From IMG/VR virus record IMGVR_UViG_3300030376_007323, positions 1-64,000 of that record: DNA of 64,000 nucleotides. One strand, 5' to 3'. This DNA comes from a virus. Lineage: Duplodnaviria > Caudoviricetes. Positions 28,799 through 37,910 of this stretch are shown piece by piece (the first letter of the stretch is position 1; each line of letters starts with the position of its first letter). The notes beneath the pieces are model-generated. The model saw only the letters and a list, made by a program, of their open reading frames with translations, did not search any database and was not told the origin of the DNA. Position numbers and translations under genes: made by a program.

Positions 28799-28839
28799 AT
28801 GTTAAATATGTGATATTTATTACTATAAATCAATTAGTA

Positions 28840-29607
28840 ATGAAAATTCAAATAACAGAATCTCAGTATAGGGCCATTGTTGAACAAAGTAATAGATGGT
28901 TGGACATCATTAAAAGTGAGGTGTTTGATATACAGAATTATATTAAGGATATAAACTGGGATGTTATGGATACCGCTGTATTAAATGGTATTAGTAGAGA
29001 AGATATGACGTTACTAATAATGGCTTATAAAAAGTTTAAGGGTGGTGTGGGTAATGGTGCACCAAACATAAATCCTTTACTAACACAAGATGGGGATAAA
29101 ATTGGCACTGTAAATGGTAGTAATTGGTATAAGTGTGGCAGGTTTGGTAATCCTCAACGTCAACATAATGGGGTAGATTTAGATACTCAGGATATAGCAA
29201 AAAATCAACCCGCGGTTGCTGCTTGTAATGGTACAATTACAGCAAGTGAGTATGGTGTTGGGAATTGTGGTGGGATGATTAAATTAAAGTGTAAAAATGG
29301 TTACACAGCTCAATATTGTCATATGGATTTTGTGTTCCCAGCAGAAATTATAGTGGGACAACAAGTACCTCAAGGTTTCCCTATTGGTGTGACTGGGGGT
29401 GACAATCCTAATCATGATAAAGAAGGTGGTAGTAGTGGAGCTCACTTACATTACGCAATATTTAAAGATGGGTATTCTTGGAATCCTTATTATTTACCTT
29501 TTACCAAATCTTTAGAGTTTGCTCAAGGTAGTGGTGACGAACCTATAAAAATGAAATTGTGTAGGTGTTCTAAAAGTAAACCTGAGTGTTGTTGTAAGAA
29601 AAAATAA
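28840..29607 (+). CDS. M23-family peptidase with MKIQITESQ leader (start revised to 28840)
   Basis: HNGVD (HxxxD), YCHM, SSGAHLHY. Confidence 0.88.
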   Translation: MKIQITESQYRAIVEQSNRWLDIIKSEVFDIQNYIKDINWDVMDTAVLNGISREDMTLLIMAYKKFKGGVGNGAPNINPLLTQDGDKIGTVNGSNWYKCGRFGNPQRQHNGVDLDTQDIAKNQPAVAACNGTITASEYGVGNCGGMIKLKCKNGYTAQYCHMDFVFPAEIIVGQQVPQGFPIGVTGGDNPNHDKEGGSSGAHLHYAIFKDGYSWNPYYLPFTKSLEFAQGSGDEPIKMKLCRCSKSKPECCCKKK

Positions 29608-29609
29608 TT

Positions 29610-29927
29610 TTAGTACTCTTCTTTTGGTGGCTTATTCTCTTCAAACCATTCTATAATCGCGTTTAACCCCCACACAGAACCACTGGCTAACATACCATCA
29701 AAAAATATATTAGTATATTCAAAAGTACACATTGATAGGGTTGGGGAGTAGAATGTAAGTGAGAAGAAAAATCCTACCCACGTTGATGTACACATCATAC
29801 ATGCTAATAGGTCCCCAAAAAAGGTTGATTTTTTAGTTATCCAATTTCTTGGTTTTTCGAATATACTTCCAAATACTAGTATCTGGGACATTCCGTAAGC
29901 GGCTAAAATCCATATAAGTGTTTCCAT
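29610..29927 (-). CDS. DUF1360-like membrane protein
   Basis: DLLACMMCTSTWVG. Confidence 0.7.
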   Translation of the reverse strand: METLIWILAAYGMSQILVFGSIFEKPRNWITKKSTFFGDLLACMMCTSTWVGFFFSLTFYSPTLSMCTFEYTNIFFDGMLASGSVWGLNAIIEWFEENKPPKEEY

Positions 29928-29930
29928 AAT

Positions 29931-30371
29931 TTAATCTAAATAAGTGTCGTTTAGGTTAGAGGATGTTAAATAATTTGCTCTTCTGTTTACTGTAACATTT
30001 TTAAAATGTTCTAACACATCCTCTTGTTCTTTTAGTTTATTGTTTTGTTGGTTTATTTTATTTTTTGCTTCTAGTAACTCTTTTTTTAGTTTTTCTAATT
30101 CTTCAATAAGGTGGGTGTCTTTTACTTCTTTGGTTACTATTTTTTCAATTATCACCTCTTTCTCTACAGGTATTTCTTTTATTATTTCTTTTATTATTTC
30201 TTTTTCTACTGGTACTTCTTGTATTTGAGACTTGGGTAAAAATGGTGCTACTCCATATTTATCCAAAGTTAATCCGTCTTTAGCACATTTAATGATAAAA
30301 CCATCAACGTCTTCTACTTCATTTAGTTGACAGTAATCTTTAAACTCTTTGTATTGTTGTTTACTAAGCAT
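29931..30371 (-). CDS. Coiled-coil protein with EVPVEK/EIIK low-complexity repeats
   Basis: EVPVEKEIIKEIIKEIPVEKEVIIEK. Confidence 0.7.
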   Translation of the reverse strand: MLSKQQYKEFKDYCQLNEVEDVDGFIIKCAKDGLTLDKYGVAPFLPKSQIQEVPVEKEIIKEIIKEIPVEKEVIIEKIVTKEVKDTHLIEELEKLKKELLEAKNKINQQNNKLKEQEDVLEHFKNVTVNRRANYLTSSNLNDTYLD

Positions 30372-31146
30372 TTATTAAAATTTCTTTTTGTTTTTCAATA
30401 TCTTCGATATCTTTTATTATAAAATTAAGATATGGTTGGGGATTATCAAGATTAAAAGATTTATATTTTTCTTTTTTAACATCGTAGACACCGTATCCGT
30501 GATTTTTAATACTTTCACCGAAATTTTGGATTATCGTAGAACCTACCATATAAGCTTTTTTATTACCTGGTATTTTGAATTGTTGTCTTTTATGTATGTC
30601 ACCTGCAAGGACTACATCACAACCTTCAAATCTATCTACACTATAACCATCATCAAAAACAAACCCAAAGTCGTTAGATGACCCTTCTATAGGTCCGTGG
30701 AATAACCCTATTTTATATTTATCCGTATTCTCAGGAATATCTGGTCTTGTGTTATGTTCTCGTAAAGAATATACACACCACAAAATATTTTCATCTTCAT
30801 AACAACCCCTATCTTTATAATAAATTATATTATTATTATTCAAACTATCAACAATAGGTGATAAAGCATCTACCCTATCTATATTATTTTCTAAAAAATC
30901 ATGATTACCAATTAAATAAATACATTTACAAATTTTAGCTGTTTCTGTCATAATCCAAGACATTAGATTTATTAGTTCTGGTGTCATTTGGTTTTTGGAG
31001 TGGACAAAATCACCAGTAAAAACTATCCTGTCTGGTTTTTCTTTTTCCCAAAGTTTAAATGCTTGTTCTAACACTCGTTTGTCTCTTTTATGTTGTTTAT
31101 AGAGTTTTAAATGTAAATCCGAGTAATGTATTATTTTATTTATCAT
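30364..31146 (-). CDS. SbcD/Mre11/gp47-like metallophosphoesterase nuclease
   Basis: HYSDLH, TGDFVH, GNHD, FHG, GDIH. Confidence 0.9.
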   Translation of the reverse strand: MINKIIHYSDLHLKLYKQHKRDKRVLEQAFKLWEKEKPDRIVFTGDFVHSKNQMTPELINLMSWIMTETAKICKCIYLIGNHDFLENNIDRVDALSPIVDSLNNNNIIYYKDRGCYEDENILWCVYSLREHNTRPDIPENTDKYKIGLFHGPIEGSSNDFGFVFDDGYSVDRFEGCDVVLAGDIHKRQQFKIPGNKKAYMVGSTIIQNFGESIKNHGYGVYDVKKEKYKSFNLDNPQPYLNFIIKDIEDIEKQKEILINA

Positions 31147-32038
31147 TTTTTTTAAGTAGTTGTATTGAGTCTTTTAGGGTAAGAGTTTCCGGTGTTTTAT
31201 CTAATTTTAATTTATCAATCACCACCCTAATAATCGTACTAAGGATTAATGTAATCCCTAACATTATAAAAAATTGTGCCCAGTAGTTAGAAAATATGTT
31301 GTACACAAAAAATAATAGTATAATACCAGCAATTACGTAACCTAAGTTATAGTAAATCGTAATGATAAGCTCGTAAAGTTTGGGCATCTTTTTATATATG
31401 TACCCCAAACCTTTAAGTGGGTGAATGTCTGTTAGATAATGTTTACTATCATTTTTATCTTTAAAAATAGACAATGTCAGAAATATTGTAAAACCTGTTA
31501 ATAAGAGGGACCCTAGTAAATACACCACAAAAAATATTAGAGCTGGAAAAAACATAAGAGGTAGTTCTAAAAATTGATTTTTAAAGTCTGGAACTTCTGT
31601 CTTGAATGTTCTTCTGACATTTATTACGTGTTCATCCCCATATAACTCTTTTAGTACTTTTAACCTATGATTACCATTTATTATTACCCACTTTTTTTTT
31701 CTATTATCTTTTTTTTCACGTACTAGTATATACCCATATTTTTCTGGTAGGTACCCATTTCTTTCTATACTACTTTTTAATCTTTCCCAAGGATAGACAC
31801 CCCCACCAGGTAAAAAGAATAAAAATTTTGACCTTTTAATTCTAGCCCATGTATTAGTGTCTTCTTTCCACTCTTTTTTTTCTTTTTCAATATCTTCTAC
31901 TGATTTCTTACCGACACTAACAATTCCTTTGTTGTTATATCTTCCTGAGTGAATTAGGTCTTTTATTTTAACTTTTATTATATCTTGTGATTGTGGTTCA
32001 CCAAACCAACTTTCTTGTGTTTCTTTTTTGTCTACCAT
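31136..32038 (-). CDS. ParB/Srx-like domain fused to a multi-TM domain
   Basis: LKSSIERNGY...ILV...IINGNHRLKVL; hydrophobic C-half. Confidence 0.7.
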   Translation of the reverse strand: MVDKKETQESWFGEPQSQDIIKVKIKDLIHSGRYNNKGIVSVGKKSVEDIEKEKKEWKEDTNTWARIKRSKFLFFLPGGGVYPWERLKSSIERNGYLPEKYGYILVREKKDNRKKKWVIINGNHRLKVLKELYGDEHVINVRRTFKTEVPDFKNQFLELPLMFFPALIFFVVYLLGSLLLTGFTIFLTLSIFKDKNDSKHYLTDIHPLKGLGYIYKKMPKLYELIITIYYNLGYVIAGIILLFFVYNIFSNYWAQFFIMLGITLILSTIIRVVIDKLKLDKTPETLTLKDSIQLLKKNDK

Positions 32039-32042
32039 AACC

Positions 32043-32813
32043 CTATTTTTTTTCCATTATTTTTAGTATTTCACTTCTAAAATCATAACACTTCATAATT
32101 TTATAGGTTTCATTATTTTCGTTAAACCACACTATGTAGTTATCACCTAACTCTAATTCTGTATTTCTTTCTACTATTAATTTATAAAACGATAATTGTA
32201 ACGAGTAAGTGTTTAATTCACAAACATCTAAATGAGAAAGTGGTTGTTTGAACTGTTGCCATTTATTTTCTTTTTTTATGGCCTTATTAGTTTTCCAGTC
32301 CCATATTTCTAATTTCTTAGATTTCTCATTATAGAATAGTTGGTCAATCATACCTGTAACACCCCATTCTTTGTCCCCCACCACTACCTCTGCTCTTACG
32401 GGGATAAGTTTACCAAAAGACTTGTCGTAGAATTCCTTAAACATCTCTGTTAGTTTATCTACAGCTCCTTTACATTCTAACATGTGTTCTACACTACCTA
32501 AAGCTTCAGTAATTTTGTGTTCCGGAAAAGGGAACAATTTATTAGTTAAAAAGTTTTCAGCGTATTCATGAAAAGCTGAACCTTTTTCACATGAAAAATC
32601 TGCCTTATATTTCCACTCTTTTAAAATTTCTTCTTTAGTTATGCCCCTCTCATCAGCTTTTTTTTGTGACCAATAATCCTTATCAAATGGGTGTTTATAT
32701 TTACCTATTATTGAGGTTACTGATTTTGTTTTTACCCCATCTAAATAATAGATGTGTTCCTTATCGTGAAACTTTATATTATTAAACTTTGCTAATTCTC
32801 TAGTAATTTTCAT
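32043..32813 (-). CDS. PD-(D/E)XK family exonuclease
   Basis: SVTSII, GSAFHEY, GMIDQL, WDWKT, YSLQLSFY. Confidence 0.85.
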   Translation of the reverse strand: MKITRELAKFNNIKFHDKEHIYYLDGVKTKSVTSIIGKYKHPFDKDYWSQKKADERGITKEEILKEWKYKADFSCEKGSAFHEYAENFLTNKLFPFPEHKITEALGSVEHMLECKGAVDKLTEMFKEFYDKSFGKLIPVRAEVVVGDKEWGVTGMIDQLFYNEKSKKLEIWDWKTNKAIKKENKWQQFKQPLSHLDVCELNTYSLQLSFYKLIVERNTELELGDNYIVWFNENNETYKIMKCYDFRSEILKIMEKK

Positions 32814-32814
32814 T

Positions 32815-33729
32815 TTATAGTAATGTTATTTCTTTTAGTCCTTCTACGCCACCTAATTCACCAACATCCTTATCTTTAGGTACTTTTAAAAGTCTTATTT
32901 TACCATTTAGTTTACCACCCTCAAGTTTTCTATATAATTTTTGTGCATCCTCCCAAGCATCACCATCTAAACATATAACTATATTCTTTTTAGCGTTATC
33001 ATATAATTTTGACCATAATTTATCACTCACACTCTTACCTAGAAGTGGTACAGAATTTTCAATAAAAAACATATCGAAAACACCTTCTACTAAATATATA
33101 TCTTTTTCCCAATTTATTAAATGTTCATTAAATATTATTTTATCTTTTTCAGCTTCAGGATTTTTATACTTATTTTTGTGACCCACATATGACCTAGAAA
33201 CAAAATAATTAATTTCATTATTTTCATCAAAAGAGGGAACTATAATTCTTCCTCTATACTTACCTTCAGTAGTGTACCCTAGACAATATTGATTTATTAA
33301 CTTATCACTTATATTTCTTTTTCTTAAATAATTGTAAGCCTCTTTATAGGGTATAGTAAGTTTATTCGCTTTACTAAAAGATATGTAGTCTTTAGGTAGT
33401 GTTACATCCTCGTATTTTCTTTCTACTTTTTTAATGAAATCTCCACCTATGAGCCTCCAAGTACTTTTATTTCTTTTAGTACCCCATTTTAGGAATAATT
33501 TATTTAAAGAACCGTGAGTCCCATAAGTTTCTGAACAGGCCCAACATTTAAAAACCCCCTGATGATAATTTACTTCAAAGTTACCTTTACCATCTCCCTT
33601 ATCTAATCCTTTAATATCATAAGAACAAACTGGACAATCGAATGATATTTGTCCTTTACTAGGGTAGTGAGCATTTATATCCCCTAACACATCTTGTAGT
33701 AGTTCTAATAGTAGTGGTGAATCTTCCAT
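32815..33729 (-). CDS. DNA primase (zinc finger + TOPRIM)
   Basis: CPVC..CWAC, YLRKR, RIIVP, KYKNP, VEGVFD, LDGDA, KDVGE. Confidence 0.9.
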   Translation of the reverse strand: MEDSPLLLELLQDVLGDINAHYPSKGQISFDCPVCSYDIKGLDKGDGKGNFEVNYHQGVFKCWACSETYGTHGSLNKLFLKWGTKRNKSTWRLIGGDFIKKVERKYEDVTLPKDYISFSKANKLTIPYKEAYNYLRKRNISDKLINQYCLGYTTEGKYRGRIIVPSFDENNEINYFVSRSYVGHKNKYKNPEAEKDKIIFNEHLINWEKDIYLVEGVFDMFFIENSVPLLGKSVSDKLWSKLYDNAKKNIVICLDGDAWEDAQKLYRKLEGGKLNGKIRLLKVPKDKDVGELGGVEGLKEITLL

Positions 33730-33764
33730 AAGATAAATGTATGGAATTTTTTATAGGGAATCAA

Positions 33765-34361
33765 TTACCAAATTTGATTTTGTTTCATGTAACCTAAAAC
33801 ACATGTATAAGCATCACACATATCAAAATTTTCTTTTTTTAGTGTATTGTTACGTGTATACGACCAACTTAGTTCTGGTAGTATATTGGAAACTTGTTGC
33901 CAAATAATATGTTTTTTATCACACCCGATTTCATAACCACCGAATAAAACTTTTCTACCCTTATTATTTTCCTGTACGAGATTTGGAAAAGCGAATTTTC
34001 TGGAGTTATAAGTTGATATAAAATTAGGTACTATACCCAATACGTCGTAGATACATCTAGTTATAAAGGAATTGTATCTCATCAAAGTAGCTACCGTACG
34101 AATATTATTTGAGTTTATAAGTGGTTCTTCTATTATGACTTTGGTAATTCCGACATTTTTATAATCTATTAGTTTATTTTTAAAGTGGTCAGCTTTAACC
34201 AACATTTCATCAATCTTATCCTCTTTTTTTGGTTTAACTTTAGGTGAAAAGTGCGTAAGTTCTAATAAGTCTTGACTTTGAATATCAAAAAGTGCCCAAC
34301 CTATTGTTTTAGTTGATATATCTAACCCTAATACTTTAGGGGTTTTTCCTATTTTTTCCAT
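33765..34361 (-). CDS. RuvC-like Holliday junction resolvase
   Basis: VLGLDISTKTIG, IIEEP, DMCDA. Confidence 0.8.
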   Translation of the reverse strand: MEKIGKTPKVLGLDISTKTIGWALFDIQSQDLLELTHFSPKVKPKKEDKIDEMLVKADHFKNKLIDYKNVGITKVIIEEPLINSNNIRTVATLMRYNSFITRCIYDVLGIVPNFISTYNSRKFAFPNLVQENNKGRKVLFGGYEIGCDKKHIIWQQVSNILPELSWSYTRNNTLKKENFDMCDAYTCVLGYMKQNQIW

Positions 34362-34370
34362 ACAGTAAAT

Positions 34371-35537
34371 TTAGAAAGTAAGAATCAATTGTAAAGTGGT
34401 TGGGGTGTTCTTCTTTTTTTCTATCGGTCTATCTGGTTTTGCTATCGCTAGTAATTTATTTTGTGCATCATATAACCCTATTTCAGTTATATATGTTGAA
34501 CTCACATCGGAAAGGTTCCAGACACTTTGGATGTCCCCAAATGGTGTTTTGAATTGTATTCCGGTATCTAATCCACCAGCACCATAATACGGTGCATCTG
34601 CACTTGCCGCTGTTTGATTTTCCGTGATATAAAATTCATCAGAACCCGCAACTAAATCTAATTGTATCTGTATTTCTTTTTCAAATGAATAATAACTACA
34701 TAAACCTGAAGTTCCTGCTGTATACCAGATTTGGGTAAATCCGGAAGAAGGTCCATCATAAAGTTTAGTGGATGCGGATGAAGCTCCTGAAAAATCAAAA
34801 TGTTGTCTTAATGTTGGGTCGGTGATTACAGCAAATCCTTTATCTAGATAAACTACACCCACTGGTAAGTCTTGTGATTGAGCATAAGCCTTAGGAGTAT
34901 TTGAGCTGGAAACAACGTCTGTAAATCTAAAATTGTCAGTACCCCCGTTTGGGTATCCGTTAGGTATTACATTTATTTGCCATCCATCTGACCAGTTATT
35001 TATAGCAGTTACTGAACTAGCTAAAGAAGGTTTTCTAATATCATCACAGAATAAAAATGCCACATTCGATGTTGCCATACCAGGACTGCCTTGTATGTTA
35101 CCTGGTATAGTTGGGTTTCCAAAATACTCTGCGGCGTCTGAATTATCTGATGAGGTTGGTAGTGGGTCATAATAGGAACTATATAATGTATATGTACCTC
35201 CAGTATCATTAGCGAACATTAGTTTAACAGTTCTCCCATCTATTAAGGTCCCGTATTCTGTACTTGGTATATCAAAAACAATTATATCGTCTTGACTAAG
35301 TGCACTTACCCCATTTCTTGCCCATGTTGATTCAAAAGATGTTACATCACCAGAAATTGCTGGTAAAGAAAATGAAGAATATAGATTAGAAAATGCTCTT
35401 CCATTATTAGGGTCTCTTTGAGCGGCTGTAAATTTTAAAGTACTACCACTAATTGTATTCCAACCATTCCCACTAAAAGGAACCACTAATGTTTTTATAC
35501 TTTTTTGATTATTTTGTATTTTTTTAAGTTTTCCCAT
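34371..35537 (-). CDS. Virion structural protein (baseplate/tail-fibre attachment type)
   Basis: C-terminal YITEIGLYDAQNKLLAIAKPDRPI. Confidence 0.7.
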   Translation of the reverse strand: MGKLKKIQNNQKSIKTLVVPFSGNGWNTISGSTLKFTAAQRDPNNGRAFSNLYSSFSLPAISGDVTSFESTWARNGVSALSQDDIIVFDIPSTEYGTLIDGRTVKLMFANDTGGTYTLYSSYYDPLPTSSDNSDAAEYFGNPTIPGNIQGSPGMATSNVAFLFCDDIRKPSLASSVTAINNWSDGWQINVIPNGYPNGGTDNFRFTDVVSSSNTPKAYAQSQDLPVGVVYLDKGFAVITDPTLRQHFDFSGASSASTKLYDGPSSGFTQIWYTAGTSGLCSYYSFEKEIQIQLDLVAGSDEFYITENQTAASADAPYYGAGGLDTGIQFKTPFGDIQSVWNLSDVSSTYITEIGLYDAQNKLLAIAKPDRPIEKKKNTPTTLQLILTF

Positions 35538-35538
35538 T

Positions 35539-35970
35539 TTAAATCCAGTTTTTATAGTTATTTGAGTTAGGGTTTGTATCCAAAGTTAATGAACTTTTAC
35601 CAGCAAAGTAAAGCATAACCATATGAAAAGGACTTCCGTCTGAACGTCCATTATCATTCTCCTGTATACCAGGAAAAGGTTCTTTTTTAGAAATTGTGTT
35701 ACTATTAGGATAATTAACAAACATAACTTTACCTTTATTAGGTGGTGTTAAAGCGGTAATATACTTAGAGGCTTTATAATTTGCACTGTACTCTCCTGGT
35801 GTCCCATAAAATTTTAATCCATTATTTGCCCTAATAGAATCTACAAATCTACTTCCACCCCCAGGAATTGACTGGGTGTCGAAATACATAAGTTGTTGCG
35901 TACCGGCTTTTATACTATTTTCCGTATAATTACTATTTTTTCTATAAAATTCTAATGCTCTTGTATTCAT
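35539..35970 (-). CDS. Hypothetical protein in structural cluster
   Basis: 143-aa ORF. Confidence 0.65.
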   Translation of the reverse strand: MNTRALEFYRKNSNYTENSIKAGTQQLMYFDTQSIPGGGSRFVDSIRANNGLKFYGTPGEYSANYKASKYITALTPPNKGKVMFVNYPNSNTISKKEPFPGIQENDNGRSDGSPFHMVMLYFAGKSSLTLDTNPNSNNYKNWI

Positions 35971-35972
35971 AA

Positions 35973-37859
35973 TTATATTTGTATTTTTTGTCCACTTATT
36001 AATTTTCTGTACAATGATTTACCCCCTTCTGTTTGCCAAGCATAAGTACTACCTGTGGTATACCCATGACCTCTTGGGTCATCAGAATAAGAAGTCTGGT
36101 CAGCTCCCGCTTCTCCATACCATTTAAATGTAGCGTTATCATATATTCTATAATAATTTTGTGAATCCACATTATTATATGAAATAGAATTAGTTACTGC
36201 CTTTTTGTTAAACTTAAACCTAACAGTAACTGTACAAGGTGCGGCACTTGGGTCTGCTACAGAAAATATTTGCCATCTTATAGGTATTGATATATTATAG
36301 TCGGTAAGACTGGCACCACTAACTCCACTCTTAAAACCACCAGAATAAGTATCAGTTTGCCAGAAATTATTATTTTGCCCACCAACATTAACAAAAATAC
36401 CATCAGCCATTTTCATCATTCTAGTGGCTAAAGTATAATATGGTTGTTGTTGTGAGGTTACTCTTGCTGCTACTGAGACTTCCCCATTATCTTTTGATGG
36501 GTATAAGTTAAAGTATGGTGAAGAACTAAGTAGTCCTTGTTGAGACCTGTTCCAACTAGAACTATACTCTAGTGAACCTAACATCAATCCGAATGTATCT
36601 ACTGGATTAGTTGTTTCTGTTATTTGTATACCCTTATTTTCACGACCATTTACGTTTATATACCCACCTACTTGAGTTGTTAATCTCTCTATCTTAATTG
36701 GGTAATATGTTGGGCTTAAATCACTAGTAGCTACATTAAGTACTAATCTTGCACTTGGGATAGTCGTAGTAATGTTATCGTATCCTTTATCACCAAAACC
36801 TCCAGTATTGGTTGTAACTACACTTTCCATATCTATACTTGTTACAAACCCAACAAAAACTGACTTAATGTCGTATTGTTCACTAGACCAACCATTTAAT
36901 GTATTATTCATATTAAACATAGGATAAGCGTTTGTATTACTGTCCCATGCACTTAATCCTCCTGCGTTTACGTAACCAGTATCATAAGCTCCAAATCCTA
37001 TACCTGCACTCCCTGTCCCTCTTATATAACGTGAAGAAGATTCATTTAAACCTGGTGTGAATACCATAGAGAATGGTGATGCAATTTTTGTACCTTTTAT
37101 ATTGGTACCTGCATAATCTATACCATTATGTTCCCCTCTATTCATAAACGCACCTCCCGCTAACGCTAATGAGTTGTAGTAGGAATAGTCTTTATCCGCC
37201 ACTAACTTTATCGTCCCCCCTCTTAGAGAAGTTCCATCATATATTTTTATAGAGTCCCAAAAGTTTAAATATTGTGTTACACCATATTGAGACAAAGTAT
37301 TTAGAAGTTGGTCATAGTCAGTAGTATTTTTTACATCTAAAGTATCACTAAAGTAAGTGTTAAAGGCTTGTGTAATCCCAGTTGGGTTACTAGATAATAC
37401 TTGTTTGTGGTCATTTATATATCTAGAAGCTAATAATTTACATAAAACAAAATAATCATGTAAGTAAACATCTATCTCTATATTATCCCTATAGTAATCT
37501 ACTTGATTATTTTTATTTAAAAATCCTAATGCGACATATTTTTTAGGACTTGTTATCACATTACTACTAGCTGGTGTTACATGAACAAAATCTTTTTGTT
37601 TATATCCACTACTTACCGCATTTCTAAAAGTTGTGTCATTACCCGTTACATCTGGTAAAAAACCTAATTGTGCAGAGTTATTACTAGTTGTTGTGGTATC
37701 TGCATGTTTTTGTGTATTTCTATAATCAATATCACTATCAGAAATACCAAACTTATCAAATAAACCCATAAAGTTTGAGGATGTTAGCATTCTTTCCCTA
37801 GCATCTTCAGTGAGTTGTATTCGTATTGTTGTCGTTGTTGCACTTTTAATATATCCCAT
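35973..37859 (-). CDS. Virion structural protein
   Basis: MGYI..IQLTEDAR..FGISDSDIDY N-terminus shared with neighbours; S/T/N/G-rich. Confidence 0.7.
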   Translation of the reverse strand: MGYIKSATTTTIRIQLTEDARERMLTSSNFMGLFDKFGISDSDIDYRNTQKHADTTTTSNNSAQLGFLPDVTGNDTTFRNAVSSGYKQKDFVHVTPASSNVITSPKKYVALGFLNKNNQVDYYRDNIEIDVYLHDYFVLCKLLASRYINDHKQVLSSNPTGITQAFNTYFSDTLDVKNTTDYDQLLNTLSQYGVTQYLNFWDSIKIYDGTSLRGGTIKLVADKDYSYYNSLALAGGAFMNRGEHNGIDYAGTNIKGTKIASPFSMVFTPGLNESSSRYIRGTGSAGIGFGAYDTGYVNAGGLSAWDSNTNAYPMFNMNNTLNGWSSEQYDIKSVFVGFVTSIDMESVVTTNTGGFGDKGYDNITTTIPSARLVLNVATSDLSPTYYPIKIERLTTQVGGYINVNGRENKGIQITETTNPVDTFGLMLGSLEYSSSWNRSQQGLLSSSPYFNLYPSKDNGEVSVAARVTSQQQPYYTLATRMMKMADGIFVNVGGQNNNFWQTDTYSGGFKSGVSGASLTDYNISIPIRWQIFSVADPSAAPCTVTVRFKFNKKAVTNSISYNNVDSQNYYRIYDNATFKWYGEAGADQTSYSDDPRGHGYTTGSTYAWQTEGGKSLYRKLISGQKIQI

Positions 37860-37910
37860 ATTAGTATTCTCTTATTATATAATTATCTACTTATCCAATT
37901 TATTTTATTA

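Noticed and set aside
6160-28839. ORF-track starts at 6160, 8065, 20449, 21109 and 28780
   Set aside because: They overlap neighbouring genes; downstream ATGs (6229, 7999, 20386, 21061, 28840) fit promoter motifs, leaders or signal peptides better
29931-30371. EIIK/EVPVEK repeat as a special DNA repeat element
   Set aside because: Ordinary low-complexity coding repeat
32043-34361. Cas4 or Cas12/TnpB interpretation of the PD-(D/E)XK and RuvC-like genes
   Set aside because: No Fe-S cysteine cluster in the nuclease; the RuvC is a 198-aa stand-alone gene beside primase; no array nearby
1-34361. Bacterial chromosome or eukaryotic virus origin suggested by glnII, cysK, dnaJ and Cys-rich proteins
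   Set aside because: Host-like genes are isolated among small hypotheticals with phage replication and virion genes; bacterial sigma factor, promoters and peptidoglycan hydrolases argue for a phage
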